This document shows, piece by piece, positions 54,885-64,000 of a DNA stretch of 64,000 nt (the first letter of the stretch is position 1; the number at the start of each line of letters is the position of its first letter). The notes under the pieces were generated by a model that had not been told where the DNA came from, ran no database searches, and saw only the letters and a program-made list of their open reading frames with translations. This stretch comes from an uncultured Acidobacteriota bacterium. GTDB lineage: Bacteria; Acidobacteriota; UBA6911. The stretch lies in contig CAWHCF010000026.1 in NCBI GenBank assembly GCA_963827655.1, forward strand, positions 96,001-160,000, given 5' to 3'. The translations under genes were made by a program, and so were the position numbers.

Positions 54885-55111
54885 AGTTCGCGCTCCCTCG
54901 CCTTTTCCTCCATCAAAGCCTTCAGAAGCTTGCCCTTAGTGCCCGCCATGCCGGCCATATTTCGAATATAGTCGTCGGTGATGGGCCTTATCGCGATTTC
55001 ACCGTCACGCTCATACACATAAACCTGCGTCCCTTTTTTGATGCCGAACTTGCGGCGCAGCCTGGAAGGAATCACGATCTGACCCTTAACCGTTACAACT
55101 GCCCTATCCAT
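54881..55111 (-). CDS. AbrB/MazE-family antitoxin
   Basis: VTVKGQIVIPSRLRRKFGIKKG; 4-bp overlap with the toxin. Confidence 0.9.
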   Translation of the reverse strand: MDRAVVTVKGQIVIPSRLRRKFGIKKGTQVYVYERDGEIAIRPITDDYIRNMAGMAGTKGKLLKALMEEKAREREL

Positions 55112-55335
55112 AAAAAACCCCTTGGGTATCATTTTGGCTTAGGTGTATCAACCTGAATAAAGTAAGTCAATTGATATTTTGTTATACCAGAGGCTCCTTA
55201 GTATCCAGTGGGATCCGGTTGTTACTCCCTGCTTCTTTCCAGACGTTTTTGTGTCACTGGAGTTGGACATTTTCGTGGGGCCACAGCAACTCGAGACGCA
55301 GCAGGCCCGAAGGCCCGGCAGTGAATTTGCCCCCC

Positions 55336-55847
55336 GAGAAGCTGTGAAGAAATTCGGCGAACGGCTCTCGATTGACCGTCAGTCCCAGCCTTAGGGCGCG
55401 GGTCATCTTCAGCCCGGGCCACGTGAAAAGCTGTGAAAAAATTCAGCGAACGGCTCTCGATTGACCGGCAGCCCTTTTGTTTGTGGCGCGGGTCATCATG
55501 AGACCGGGCAAAACTCAGCTCTACCCTGGAATGCGGCTCAGCATGCTCGGAATCAACCGCCGCCACTGCAGGTCATCGCCAATCGTCAATCGTCAATCGT
55601 TAATCGGCTTAACCGTCAATAGTTCAATCGTGCCCATCGGGTCATCGCATCGCAATCGAGGCGAGTCTTCCTTGTGTCGCTCAGGACACTTTCCGAAGCG
55701 ACTCATGTGTGCGACGGTGTCAATCAGACCTGTCGCAAGTAACTGTGATCGGGAGGATTTAGCCTTAAAAAGTTCATTTGTGCCACCAGGGGGCCGGACG
55801 GGTGATAGCCCGTTCGCACATAAACCCGGCGACTTTTGCAACTCTTC
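55336..55847. mobile_element. Non-coding MITE-like element with a tandemly duplicated left end (89-bp period)
   Basis: Copies at 55339 and 55428; the right end GACTTTTGCAACTCTTC is an imperfect inverted match to the left end. Confidence 0.5.
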
Positions 55848-55891
55848 CAAAAAAATTCCTGGCGTTTTCTTCGCGCAACCCAGCCTGACGT

Positions 55892-56836
55892 CTACCCGGG
55901 TTTGCGGGCGATCGTGGTTGCCATTCCATATTTTCCAGAGAGCTGCTCGACAAGTGGAAAGCCAAAGAGCAGCGGCTTCAACAGGTAATATGGAATCCGG
56001 CTGTTGAACCGTTCCTGCGACCAGTTCAGCAAGCTGTGCTTCAGGCAGTGGAAGTTTACCAGCCGGGAAAAGAACAGATGGCTTTCCACTCTCACGCCTG
56101 AATTCGCCAGGAGCAGGTCCAAGGCTGCGCGTGAGAAATGATGAAGGTGCCGGGGCACATCATCGAAGGCGTACCAGTAGCGGCGGAACATCCGGGCCTG
56201 GAGACTGTCGAACGCCGGCAGCGAAATCAGAACACGGCCGCCGGGGCGCAAGAGATCGTGGGCCCTGGCCAGGACGCGTTCCGGATGGGATACATGTTCC
56301 AGCGCATGCCAGAACGTGACGGCATCGAAAGAACCGGCTTCGAGCTCGGCGCAGAAAATGTCGCCGCTGATCAGAGAAAGACCTGTTATTTTGGAGCGCA
56401 CCAGTTCGACAGCCGCTCGAGCGAGATCGACCCCGGTGCGTTCCCATCGTTCACCGTCCAAAGCCCAGAGAAACCGACCGTCGCCGCAGCCGACGTCCAG
56501 AATCTTTCCACGTGGCAGGTAGCGCTCGAGCAGCCGGACCTTCTCCGTCTCCTTGCGCCAGGAGCGGGTTCGAACCAGTCTCCCGGAACGGAATTCTTCG
56601 ATGGCGCGCGCCGTTTCACCAAGATAATCGGGCGCGTAATACGCCTCGACCTCCCGCTCCGCCAGCTGGGGAGAGGTCCAGCCGAAACCGCAATGCAGAC
56701 AACGCAGAATGTCCCAAAGCCTCTCCTTGCGTCTTTGCACGCGATCGAACACTCTGCAGAAGAGCTCGACTCTCGTACGGTTGCAGATTGGACAGGCATA
56801 CAGCGATGCCTCACACGTACGCGTCAAGGGAATCAC
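55892..56836 (-). CDS. Class I SAM-dependent methyltransferase with N-terminal Cys4 zinc ribbon
   Basis: CPIC..CLHC, ILDVGCGDG, HALEH, DVPRHL. Confidence 0.88.
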   Translation of the reverse strand: MIPLTRTCEASLYACPICNRTRVELFCRVFDRVQRRKERLWDILRCLHCGFGWTSPQLAEREVEAYYAPDYLGETARAIEEFRSGRLVRTRSWRKETEKVRLLERYLPRGKILDVGCGDGRFLWALDGERWERTGVDLARAAVELVRSKITGLSLISGDIFCAELEAGSFDAVTFWHALEHVSHPERVLARAHDLLRPGGRVLISLPAFDSLQARMFRRYWYAFDDVPRHLHHFSRAALDLLLANSGVRVESHLFFSRLVNFHCLKHSLLNWSQERFNSRIPYYLLKPLLFGFPLVEQLSGKYGMATTIARKPG

Positions 56837-56883
56837 GTTAGCTCAGACCGTTATATCGATCGTCACATGAATTCGGTTGGCGT

Positions 56884-57012
56884 TAGAAGCAAGAAGCCAG
56901 AATATTCGGGTCTCACTCAGCCTTGGGCGAGCCGCGATTTGGAGCAAGACAGGCGTTACTGGATGCTTATGCCCGAGCCATTCCTGCTTCTGACTTCTGA
57001 CTCCTGACTTCC
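56884..57012. repeat. Heptamer-repeat inverted pair
   Basis: AGAAGCA AGAAGCC AGAAT ... TGCTTC TGACTTC TGACTCC TGACTTC. Confidence 0.55.
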
Positions 57013-57137
57013 AACCACCGAGGCGCGCGAAGCACTCCGGCCGGATTTTGGGTTTTCATTGAAGAGAGCGGCGGATATAATCGCATGCTGGCAAGGTAAA
57101 GTACGCCGCGCACGGCGTTTCGCGATCTACACGGCTG

Positions 57138-59431
57138 TTGCGGCCTGAAAGGATACCTTTGGGTTCCGGCACGCTTCCTGAGAAGAGCGGATCACGCACT
57201 CGTCGATTCGTCCTGGCCACTATCGCCATCCTGTCACTCGCCCTGATTGCTACCCAGATCTTTCTGCATCAGACCTCCGTGGGGAGTCGGAAGTTCGTTG
57301 GAAACACGTTTCTGCTCTGGACCGCCACAGTCCTGGTAATCCTCGCGCTCTTGATCCTCGCTACCGTATTGGTGCGCAATCTGGTGCGGCTCTATTTTGA
57401 CCGCAAAAGCGGGCAGGTCGGCAGCCGCTTCAGAGTCACGATGGTCACGACCTTTGTCGTGCTGTCGCTCTTGCCGGCGGTGCTGCTCTTTTTTCTCGCT
57501 TACGGACTGATCAATTTTTCAATCGATCGCTGGTTCGGCGCGCCGGCAGCCCAGATGGTGGAGAACAGCCGGGATATAGCCGCTCAATACTACGGTGAAT
57601 TACAGCGCGATGCCAGCCACTTTGCCGAAAGGATCGCCGCCTCGGTTTCGATCGAGGATTCGCTGAATCCCGAGTCGCGAACGTTCGCTGAACGAAAAGC
57701 TGGAGAGACTGCGCCAGGAGTACCGGCTCGAGGGCGCGCGGGTCTTTGACAGCGAGGGCGCCGAGGCTGCGCAGGCCGGTGAAAGAGTCTCGACCAAGAG
57801 TCATCAGGCGCAGATAGCCACGCTGATATCCGCTACTCTGCGAGGCAAGCCGGATTTCCAGGTCAAGCGGATCACGCCCCAGGATGCGCTCAGGGAAGTC
57901 GTCTGGGCCACGGCGCCGATTCGGAATGCGCAAGGGAAAATCGTGGGCGCGGTTTTGACCGAATCGCTGATTCCCAGCAGCGTGAATTTCAAAGCCTATT
58001 CGGTGATGGAGGCTTACGGCAAGTACGTTGAGCTTCAGAGAGAAAAGACGGCGCTTCAGTTTCAGTTCATCCTTATGCTGGCTCTCTCGACCTTGCTCAT
58101 CGTCTTTGCGTTTTCGTGGTTCGGCATGTACCTGGCGAAACGGATAACCGGCCCGATCAAGGCGCTGGCCGAAGGGTCTGCGGCCGTGGCGTCCGGCAAC
58201 CTGAACCATCGGGTCGAGTGTGAGGCTTTCGATGAGCTGGGCGACCTGGTCGCCTCCTTCAATCGCATGACGGGCGAGCTTCAGGAGCACAAGGCTCATA
58301 TCGAGATCGCTCAGAACACCCTGCAGGCAGGCCAACGTAGAGCTTGACGATCGCAGACGCTACATCGAAACCATCTTGCAGACCATCTCCACGGGCGTGA
58401 TATCGCTCGACGGCAACTATCGAATTCACACCATGAACAGGGCGGCCGCGCAGATGTTGGAGGTTCAGGGTCCGGTAGCGGACGTGAAGCTCGAACAGGT
58501 AGTGAAGGAACCGGCCGCCGGTACTTTATTCATGCTGCTGCACAAGTCTGCCGTACTTGGAGTGGTCGTCCGCACGATCGAGATCGAGCTTCCCGGGAGA
58601 ACGCTTCATGTCGCGACCACCGTGACCCCTTTGCTTGACAGTTCGGGACAGCGGACGGGTTGGGTCCTGGTGCTGGACGACGTGACGGAGCTTTTGAGAG
58701 TGGAGAAGATGGCTGCCTGGCAGGAGGTTGCGCGGCGCCTGGCTCATGAGATCAAGAACCCCTTGACCCCGATTCAGCTCTCGGCCAGCCGGGTCTTGAG
58801 GCGTTACCGACAGATCATGAGCACGTCCGCGGGCGACAACGGCTCATGGCACAACGAATTTGTCTCGTTCGAAAACCTGCTCGAGGAATGTGTGCAGGTG
58901 ATCAGGCAGGAGGCGAATTCCCTCAAAGACCTCGTGGATGAATTCTCGCGGTTCGCCCGTCTTCCCCAGGTAAAGTTGGAAGAGGCGGATGTGCACCGGA
59001 TACTGGAATCGACTCTGAGTCTTTATAACGGGCGTTTTCACGACGTCCGGCTCACGAAAGAGTTCGGGCCGGATGTGCCTTCGCTGAAGCTTGATCCAGA
59101 ACAGATGAAGCGCGTCTTCATTAATCTCTTTGATAATGCTCTGGAGGCAATGGCGGATAATTCCCATGCCAAGCTCTTGCGGATACGGACGTATCGCAGT
59201 GTCCTGAAGGCCTCGATTCGTATCGAAGTCAGCGACACGGGTCGTGGTTTCCCTCCCGAGTACCGCGACAGTCTTTTTCTCCCTTATTTCTCAACCCGCA
59301 AGGATGGGACCGGCCTGGGGCTGGCCATCGTCCGGCAGATAATTTCCGATCACCACGGCCAGGTCAGCGCCGAAGTCAACACCCCCCTGGGCACGAAGAT
59401 CGTCATCGATTTACCCTTGGCGCCTTCCTAG
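57138..59431 (+). CDS. ntrY: NtrY-like HAMP-PAS sensor histidine kinase (frameshifted)
   Basis: GSRFR..SIDRWF, HAMP, AWQEVARRLAHEIKNPLTPIQLSA, FSRFARLP, GTGLGL. Confidence 0.8.
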
Positions 59432-59528
59432 AGAAAGATCAAAATAACGAGACGTTGCGTCTTGCTGTCTTCGTGAAAGAGGCGTGAAACAAATTCACTG
59501 CCGGCACGCGAAGACATCGGGGAATTGT

Positions 59529-60911
59529 ATGACTCGAGCGATGATCCTCGTAGTGGATGATGAGAAGGGCGTGCAAGCTTCGCTCGTGGGAATTCTCGAA
59601 GACGAGGGATTTGACGCGCGCGCAGTTTCTTCGGGCGAAGAGTGTCTGTCCGCGCTCGCCGAAAGATATTTCCCCGTGATCCTTCTCGACGTCTGGCTGC
59701 CCGGAATGGACGGGCTGCAAGTATTGGAACAGATCCGGAGACTTTCTCCCTTGACGAGCGTCATAATGATCTCCGGACATGCATCCATTGAGTCTGCCGT
59801 GCGAGCGACCAAGCTGGGCGCCTTCGATTTCGTCGAAAAACCCTTGTCCCTGGAAAAGACACTCCTGGTGGTGAAGAACGCGCTGCACCAGCGCCACCTG
59901 GAGGAGGAGAACCGCCTCTTACGGGAACAGATCTACGAGCGGTATGTGATGATCGGCGACTCTGTCCCGATGCAGGCTTTGCGCCAGCAGATAGAGTTTG
60001 CCGCCCCGACGAACGGGAGAGTGCTTATTTGCGGCGAAAACGGCACGGGAAAGGAGCTGGTGGCAAATTTGCTGCACATCCGGAGCCAGCGTCGCCAGCG
60101 GCCGTTCATCGCGATGAACTGCGCAGCCATACCGGAGGAGCTGATCGAGAGCGAGCTGTTTGGCCACGTGAAGGGGTCGTTTACGGGCGCATCTGAGGAT
60201 AAGGAGGGGAAGTTCGCCCAGGCTGATTCCGGCACTCTTTTCCTGGATGAAGTGGGCGACATGAGCTCGAGAACCCAATCCAAGGTTCTTCGTGTGCTCG
60301 AGGATCAGTGTTTCACGCCTGTCGGAGGAAACACTCCCCTCAGAGTGGACGTGCGCGTGATCGCCTCGACCAACAAGAATCTCGAGAAGGAAATCGAACT
60401 GGGCAGTTTCCGCGAGGACCTTTACTACCGATTGAATGTCATTCCTTTTCAGCTTCCGTCCTTGAGGGAACGCAAGGAAGATGTCGCGGTACTGACTCAT
60501 TATTTTCTCGGGGACTTCGCCCGGCGATACGGCAGAAAACCACCGGTATTGACGCGTCATGCTCTGGAGGTGCTGGAAGGCTATGCCTGGCCCGGAAATG
60601 TGCGCGAGCTCCGGAATACCATGGAACGATTCATCATCATGTCGCCCAACAACCGGATCGATGCGTTCGACTTGCCGGAACAGATCCTCCGGCGAACGAT
60701 GCTGGCATCGCCCGGACCTGATGACGCCGCTTCTCTTCAGGATGCGCGCGACAGGTTCGAAAGAGAGTTCATTCTCCAGAAGCTGGCCGAATACAAGGGG
60801 AATGTGAGCCGCACGGCTCAGGCTCTCAAGATCGAGCGCAGCAATCTCTATCGCAAAATGAGGCAATTAGGAATCCCGTATTCCGCGACGATTGAACGAG
60901 AGGAAGTATGA
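59529..60911 (+). CDS. ntrX: NtrX-like sigma54-dependent response regulator
   Basis: LLDVWLP, GENGTGKE, ESELFGH, GSFTGA, WPGNVREL, Fis HTH. Confidence 0.85.
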   Translation: MTRAMILVVDDEKGVQASLVGILEDEGFDARAVSSGEECLSALAERYFPVILLDVWLPGMDGLQVLEQIRRLSPLTSVIMISGHASIESAVRATKLGAFDFVEKPLSLEKTLLVVKNALHQRHLEEENRLLREQIYERYVMIGDSVPMQALRQQIEFAAPTNGRVLICGENGTGKELVANLLHIRSQRRQRPFIAMNCAAIPEELIESELFGHVKGSFTGASEDKEGKFAQADSGTLFLDEVGDMSSRTQSKVLRVLEDQCFTPVGGNTPLRVDVRVIASTNKNLEKEIELGSFREDLYYRLNVIPFQLPSLRERKEDVAVLTHYFLGDFARRYGRKPPVLTRHALEVLEGYAWPGNVRELRNTMERFIIMSPNNRIDAFDLPEQILRRTMLASPGPDDAASLQDARDRFEREFILQKLAEYKGNVSRTAQALKIERSNLYRKMRQLGIPYSATIEREEV

Positions 60912-62605
60912 GTCATTTCATCCGGACACTGTTATTCATCATCCTGTTATCAATTCCTTTTTCCATCAGCCTTCCGGCGCAAGAGAGCCGGCCGGCGCAA
61001 CCTGGCGAGCTGCCTCGCCCGCAATTTCTGGGCGCTTACAAACAGCCTGCGATCCACGCGCTTGAACCTCGGGGGGACCGATTTCTGGAATCGATGATCC
61101 AGGAAGGAAAGCTGCGCCTCACCGAGTCGGATGCGGTGCGTTTGGCGCTGGAAAGCAACGTCGACATAAACGTGGAGCGCTATGGCCCTTATTTCAGCCT
61201 TTGGGATGTTGAGAAAGGGCGCGGCGTGTTGAATCCTTCGATTCTCTTTAACACCAACGTGAATCGTCTCGTGACGCCCTCTACCAGCGTGCTGCAGGGC
61301 GGAGATACCGTGCTGGATCTGAACTCGCTTTATGAACTTGCCATCCGTAAGCCCTTCGAGAAGGGCCTGGACCTCGATTTCAACTTCAGCACCCGCCGCG
61401 CCCGGAGTTCCAGCTTTTTCTTGAGCCTGAACCCGTCCTTTGGTACGGGCTTCGGCCTGACCCTCACTCAGCACCTGCTGAAGGATTTCGGCAGTATCAG
61501 CCGAGGGCGCTTCGTGCGCATTGCACGAAACAACTATGGCATGTCCGAGGAAGAGTTCGTGGTGCAGACCACCGAGATAGTCAACAACGTTCTCAATGCC
61601 TATTGGAATCTGGTTTTTAACGATGAGGACATCAAGACCAGGGAAGCCTCCAAAAAGCTGGCGGAAGTCATTCTCGAGCATAACAAAATTCAGCTGGAAG
61701 TTGGAACCATGTCGTCACTGGACGTAGTTCAGGCTGAGGCTGAAGTCGCGGCACGCGAGGAGGAACTTGTAGTCTCCCGCCACACTCGGCGGCTCACAGA
61801 GGACCAGCTTAAAAAGCTGATCTCCTCGAACCCGGATCCGGGCCTGATCACTGCGACCATTGAACCACTGAGCAAGCCGGATACCCCTCGAGCGCCGGCT
61901 GACGACATCAACCAGGCAATCCGGCGCGCATTGGAGATTCGTCCTGAAGTAAAGCAACTGCTTCTGGATCAGGAGAACCGGAAAATCAACGTGGACTACA
62001 CCCGCAATCAATTACGCCCCACGCTGGACCTGGTCGCTTCCTATTCTCAAAACGGACTGGGGGGTCTGGGCATTGTCCGAGATTATTCCCAGGGATTTTT
62101 TGGCGCTCCGGTGATTGGCACGGTACCGGGCGGGTTCGGTGATTCGCTCGATTCTCTCTTCAGCCAGAGATTCGTCGGGTATACCGTTGGGTTCAACTTC
62201 AGATTGCCTATTGGAAACGATGAAGCTCGATCCAACAATGCTCAAGCGCAGATCTCACTGAAGCAAGGGGAGGAACGGCTCCGGTCATTGCGGCAGAGGA
62301 TTGCCCTCGAGGTTCGTGACGCTTACGGACGCTTTGAAATGAACCGGGCTCGGGTGGATGCCGCTCAAATCACGGTCCGCTTCGCCGACAGGAAGCTGCA
62401 GGGAGAACAGGAGAAGTACAACATGGGAGCTTCCCCCACGCGATCTGTCATTGAAGGGCAGAGGGACCTGCTGGTGGCGCAGAACCGGCTGCTGCAAGCG
62501 AAACTGGACATGATCAAGAGCCGGATTGCGATGGATAAAGCAGTCGGGGATATCTTCGCGGCCTACAATATTGAATTGACGAAGACGCTGGGCCTGTTCA
62601 AGTAG
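60908..62605 (+). CDS. TolC-family outer membrane efflux protein
   Basis: Signal peptide, two OEP repeats (AYWNL, RPEVKQ, LRPTLDL). Confidence 0.88.
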   Translation: MSHFIRTLLFIILLSIPFSISLPAQESRPAQPGELPRPQFLGAYKQPAIHALEPRGDRFLESMIQEGKLRLTESDAVRLALESNVDINVERYGPYFSLWDVEKGRGVLNPSILFNTNVNRLVTPSTSVLQGGDTVLDLNSLYELAIRKPFEKGLDLDFNFSTRRARSSSFFLSLNPSFGTGFGLTLTQHLLKDFGSISRGRFVRIARNNYGMSEEEFVVQTTEIVNNVLNAYWNLVFNDEDIKTREASKKLAEVILEHNKIQLEVGTMSSLDVVQAEAEVAAREEELVVSRHTRRLTEDQLKKLISSNPDPGLITATIEPLSKPDTPRAPADDINQAIRRALEIRPEVKQLLLDQENRKINVDYTRNQLRPTLDLVASYSQNGLGGLGIVRDYSQGFFGAPVIGTVPGGFGDSLDSLFSQRFVGYTVGFNFRLPIGNDEARSNNAQAQISLKQGEERLRSLRQRIALEVRDAYGRFEMNRARVDAAQITVRFADRKLQGEQEKYNMGASPTRSVIEGQRDLLVAQNRLLQAKLDMIKSRIAMDKAVGDIFAAYNIELTKTLGLFK

Positions 62606-62654
62606 CTGTAGTGCTTCAGTGTTGCGTGACCAGGTCGGCAAGTCTTGGCGGTCT

Positions 62655-62872
62655 TGGGGGTGTGGCATTACACAACGTTCGATTCCAAGACATGATCAGC
62701 CTACTGAGGGTTTCGGATTTCAACTCGTTCGAATCGAAGGAGCCATCATGTGTTTACACATCCGACTATCCAAGAACTGGTCAACCTCCAAGACGTCCGA
62801 GGAGAGGCTAAGCCATATCAGATTCGCCAGTTCCTGCGAATAATTGAGCGCGATGATCGAATGGAGGATTAG
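62655..62872 (+). pseudogene. HicA-family toxin, frameshifted and lacking a start
   Basis: NVRFQDMI / EGFGFQLVRIEG / HHVFTHP..LVNLQ..GEAKPYQIRQFL in three frames. Confidence 0.75.
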
Positions 62873-62875
62873 CAA

Positions 62876-63094
62876 ATGCGCGACTATCACATCAACATAT
62901 TCTTCAGCGAAGAAGACGGAGCTTATATCGCTGATATCCCGGACTTGGTATCTTGTTCAGCTTTCGGGGAAACTCCTGAAGAAGCTCTGGCTGAGTTGGA
63001 GCGTGCTAAGACAGCTTGGCTCGAAGCTGCTCGTAAGAACGGTAAGCCAATTCCTGCTCCTAGATACCGTCCTCTGATTTATCAGGCTAGATAA
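62876..63094 (+). CDS. HicB-family antitoxin
   Basis: YIADIPDL..CSAFGETPEEAL..W....GKPIP. Confidence 0.92.
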   Translation: MRDYHINIFFSEEDGAYIADIPDLVSCSAFGETPEEALAELERAKTAWLEAARKNGKPIPAPRYRPLIYQAR

Positions 63095-63117
63095 TCAACC
63101 GGGTGACAAGAGCTAAA

Positions 63118-64000
63118 ATGAAGCCGGATGTGACTGTAATCGGCGGAGGGCTGGCAGGCACCGAAGCGGCCTGGCAAATTGCCCGCGCCGGGGGGCGAGT
63201 CCGCCTGTGTGAAATGCGCCCCAAGGTTGCGACCGCGGCCCACAAGACGGATCGCCTGGGCGAACTGGTCTGCAGCAACTCGCTGAAGTCGGATCTTGCC
63301 GGGAGCGCTCCCTACCTGCTCAAAGAAGAGCTGCGCCGTCTCGACAGCCTGCTGATACGAGTCGCCGATGAAGTAAAGGTGCCTGCGGGCCACGCGCTGG
63401 CAGTCGATCGGGATCGCTTCGCGCAGCGCCTGACGGACGAGATCGCTCGCGAGCCGCGCATCGAACTGGTGCGAGAGGAAGTGAGAGCGCTTCCCGAGGA
63501 TGGGGTCACGATTGTGGCCACGGGTCCTCTGACTTCGGGGTCTCTCTCGGCATCCGTGGCGAAGTTTACCGGCGCGGAGAACCTGTATTTCTATGACGCC
63601 ATTTCACCGATCGTCGATGCGACCACACTCGATGAATCCAGGCTTTTCCGGGCTTCGCGCTATGGAAAAGGGGGCGAGGACTATCTCAACGCTCCACTGA
63701 ATGAGGAGGAGTATCTGCGCTTCTACCAGGCCTTGATCGGCGCAGAATCCGTCCCGCTGCACGAATGCGAGAAGGCGATGTATTTCGAGGGCTGTCTCCC
63801 GCTGGAGGAACTGGCCCGGCGAGGCGTCGACACGCTGCGCTTCGGTCCGATGAAGCCTGTCGGGCTGATGGATCCTCAAACTGGCCGCAGGGCCTACGCA
63901 ATCGTGCAGTTGCGCCTCGAGAATCTCATGGCCGACAGTTACAACCTGGTGGGTTTTCAGAATCATCTCAAGTTTCCCGAGCAGAAACGGGTCTTCCGGC
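63118..64000 (+). CDS. trmFO: Folate/FAD-dependent tRNA (uracil-5)-methyltransferase, running off the window edge
   Basis: VIGGGLAGTEAA, ELVCSNSL, ALAVDR, FYDAISP, YFEGCLP, FGPMKPVGL, YNLVGFQ. Confidence 0.95.
   Translation, partial: MKPDVTVIGGGLAGTEAAWQIARAGGRVRLCEMRPKVATAAHKTDRLGELVCSNSLKSDLAGSAPYLLKEELRRLDSLLIRVADEVKVPAGHALAVDRDRFAQRLTDEIAREPRIELVREEVRALPEDGVTIVATGPLTSGSLSASVAKFTGAENLYFYDAISPIVDATTLDESRLFRASRYGKGGEDYLNAPLNEEEYLRFYQALIGAESVPLHECEKAMYFEGCLPLEELARRGVDTLRFGPMKPVGLMDPQTGRRAYAIVQLRLENLMADSYNLVGFQNHLKFPEQKRVFR

Noticed and set aside
55339-55510. CRISPR array
   Set aside because: Only two long imperfect units, no regular repeat-spacer series and no cas genes in the window
360-59431. 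Programmed frameshifting or mass pseudogenisation
   Set aside because: Indels also hit ordinary genes (kinases, NtrY, binding protein) without a shared slippery motif; long-read error is simpler

Overview
GC-rich bacterial chromosome segment that looks acidobacterial (Acidobacteria-type TonB receptor, ADOP permease, Ser/Thr kinases with TPR or PD40 tails, NtrYX-TolC, trmFO). The taxonomy is inferred from gene content only. Many genes are split by single-base indels, which is probably long-read error. The flanks (1-23.8 kb and 49.4-64 kb) hold tRNA-Ser, carbohydrate uptake and hydrolase genes, regulators and toxin-antitoxin (TA) pairs. Between them lies a ~25.6 kb accessory island, bounded on the left by a decayed duplicate of the 3' part of the FG-GAP/VCBS gene that is intact at its right edge. 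The island carries three IS91/ISCR-type (Y2) transposase remnants, other IS debris and a set of secreted redox genes: a giant di-haem peroxidase, an FKBP with an extra domain, a vanadium haloperoxidase-like protein, and a Tat molybdoenzyme that sits between 242-bp direct repeats. It also carries two copies of a compact three-gene element (small ORF1, small ORF2, large serine recombinase), each abutting a broken IS91-family transposase gene. The intact copy is bounded by a duplicated AGGGT. Excision through that core would place ORF1 in frame directly behind the recombinase TAG stop. This is my main candidate for an undescribed, circularisation-controlled system.
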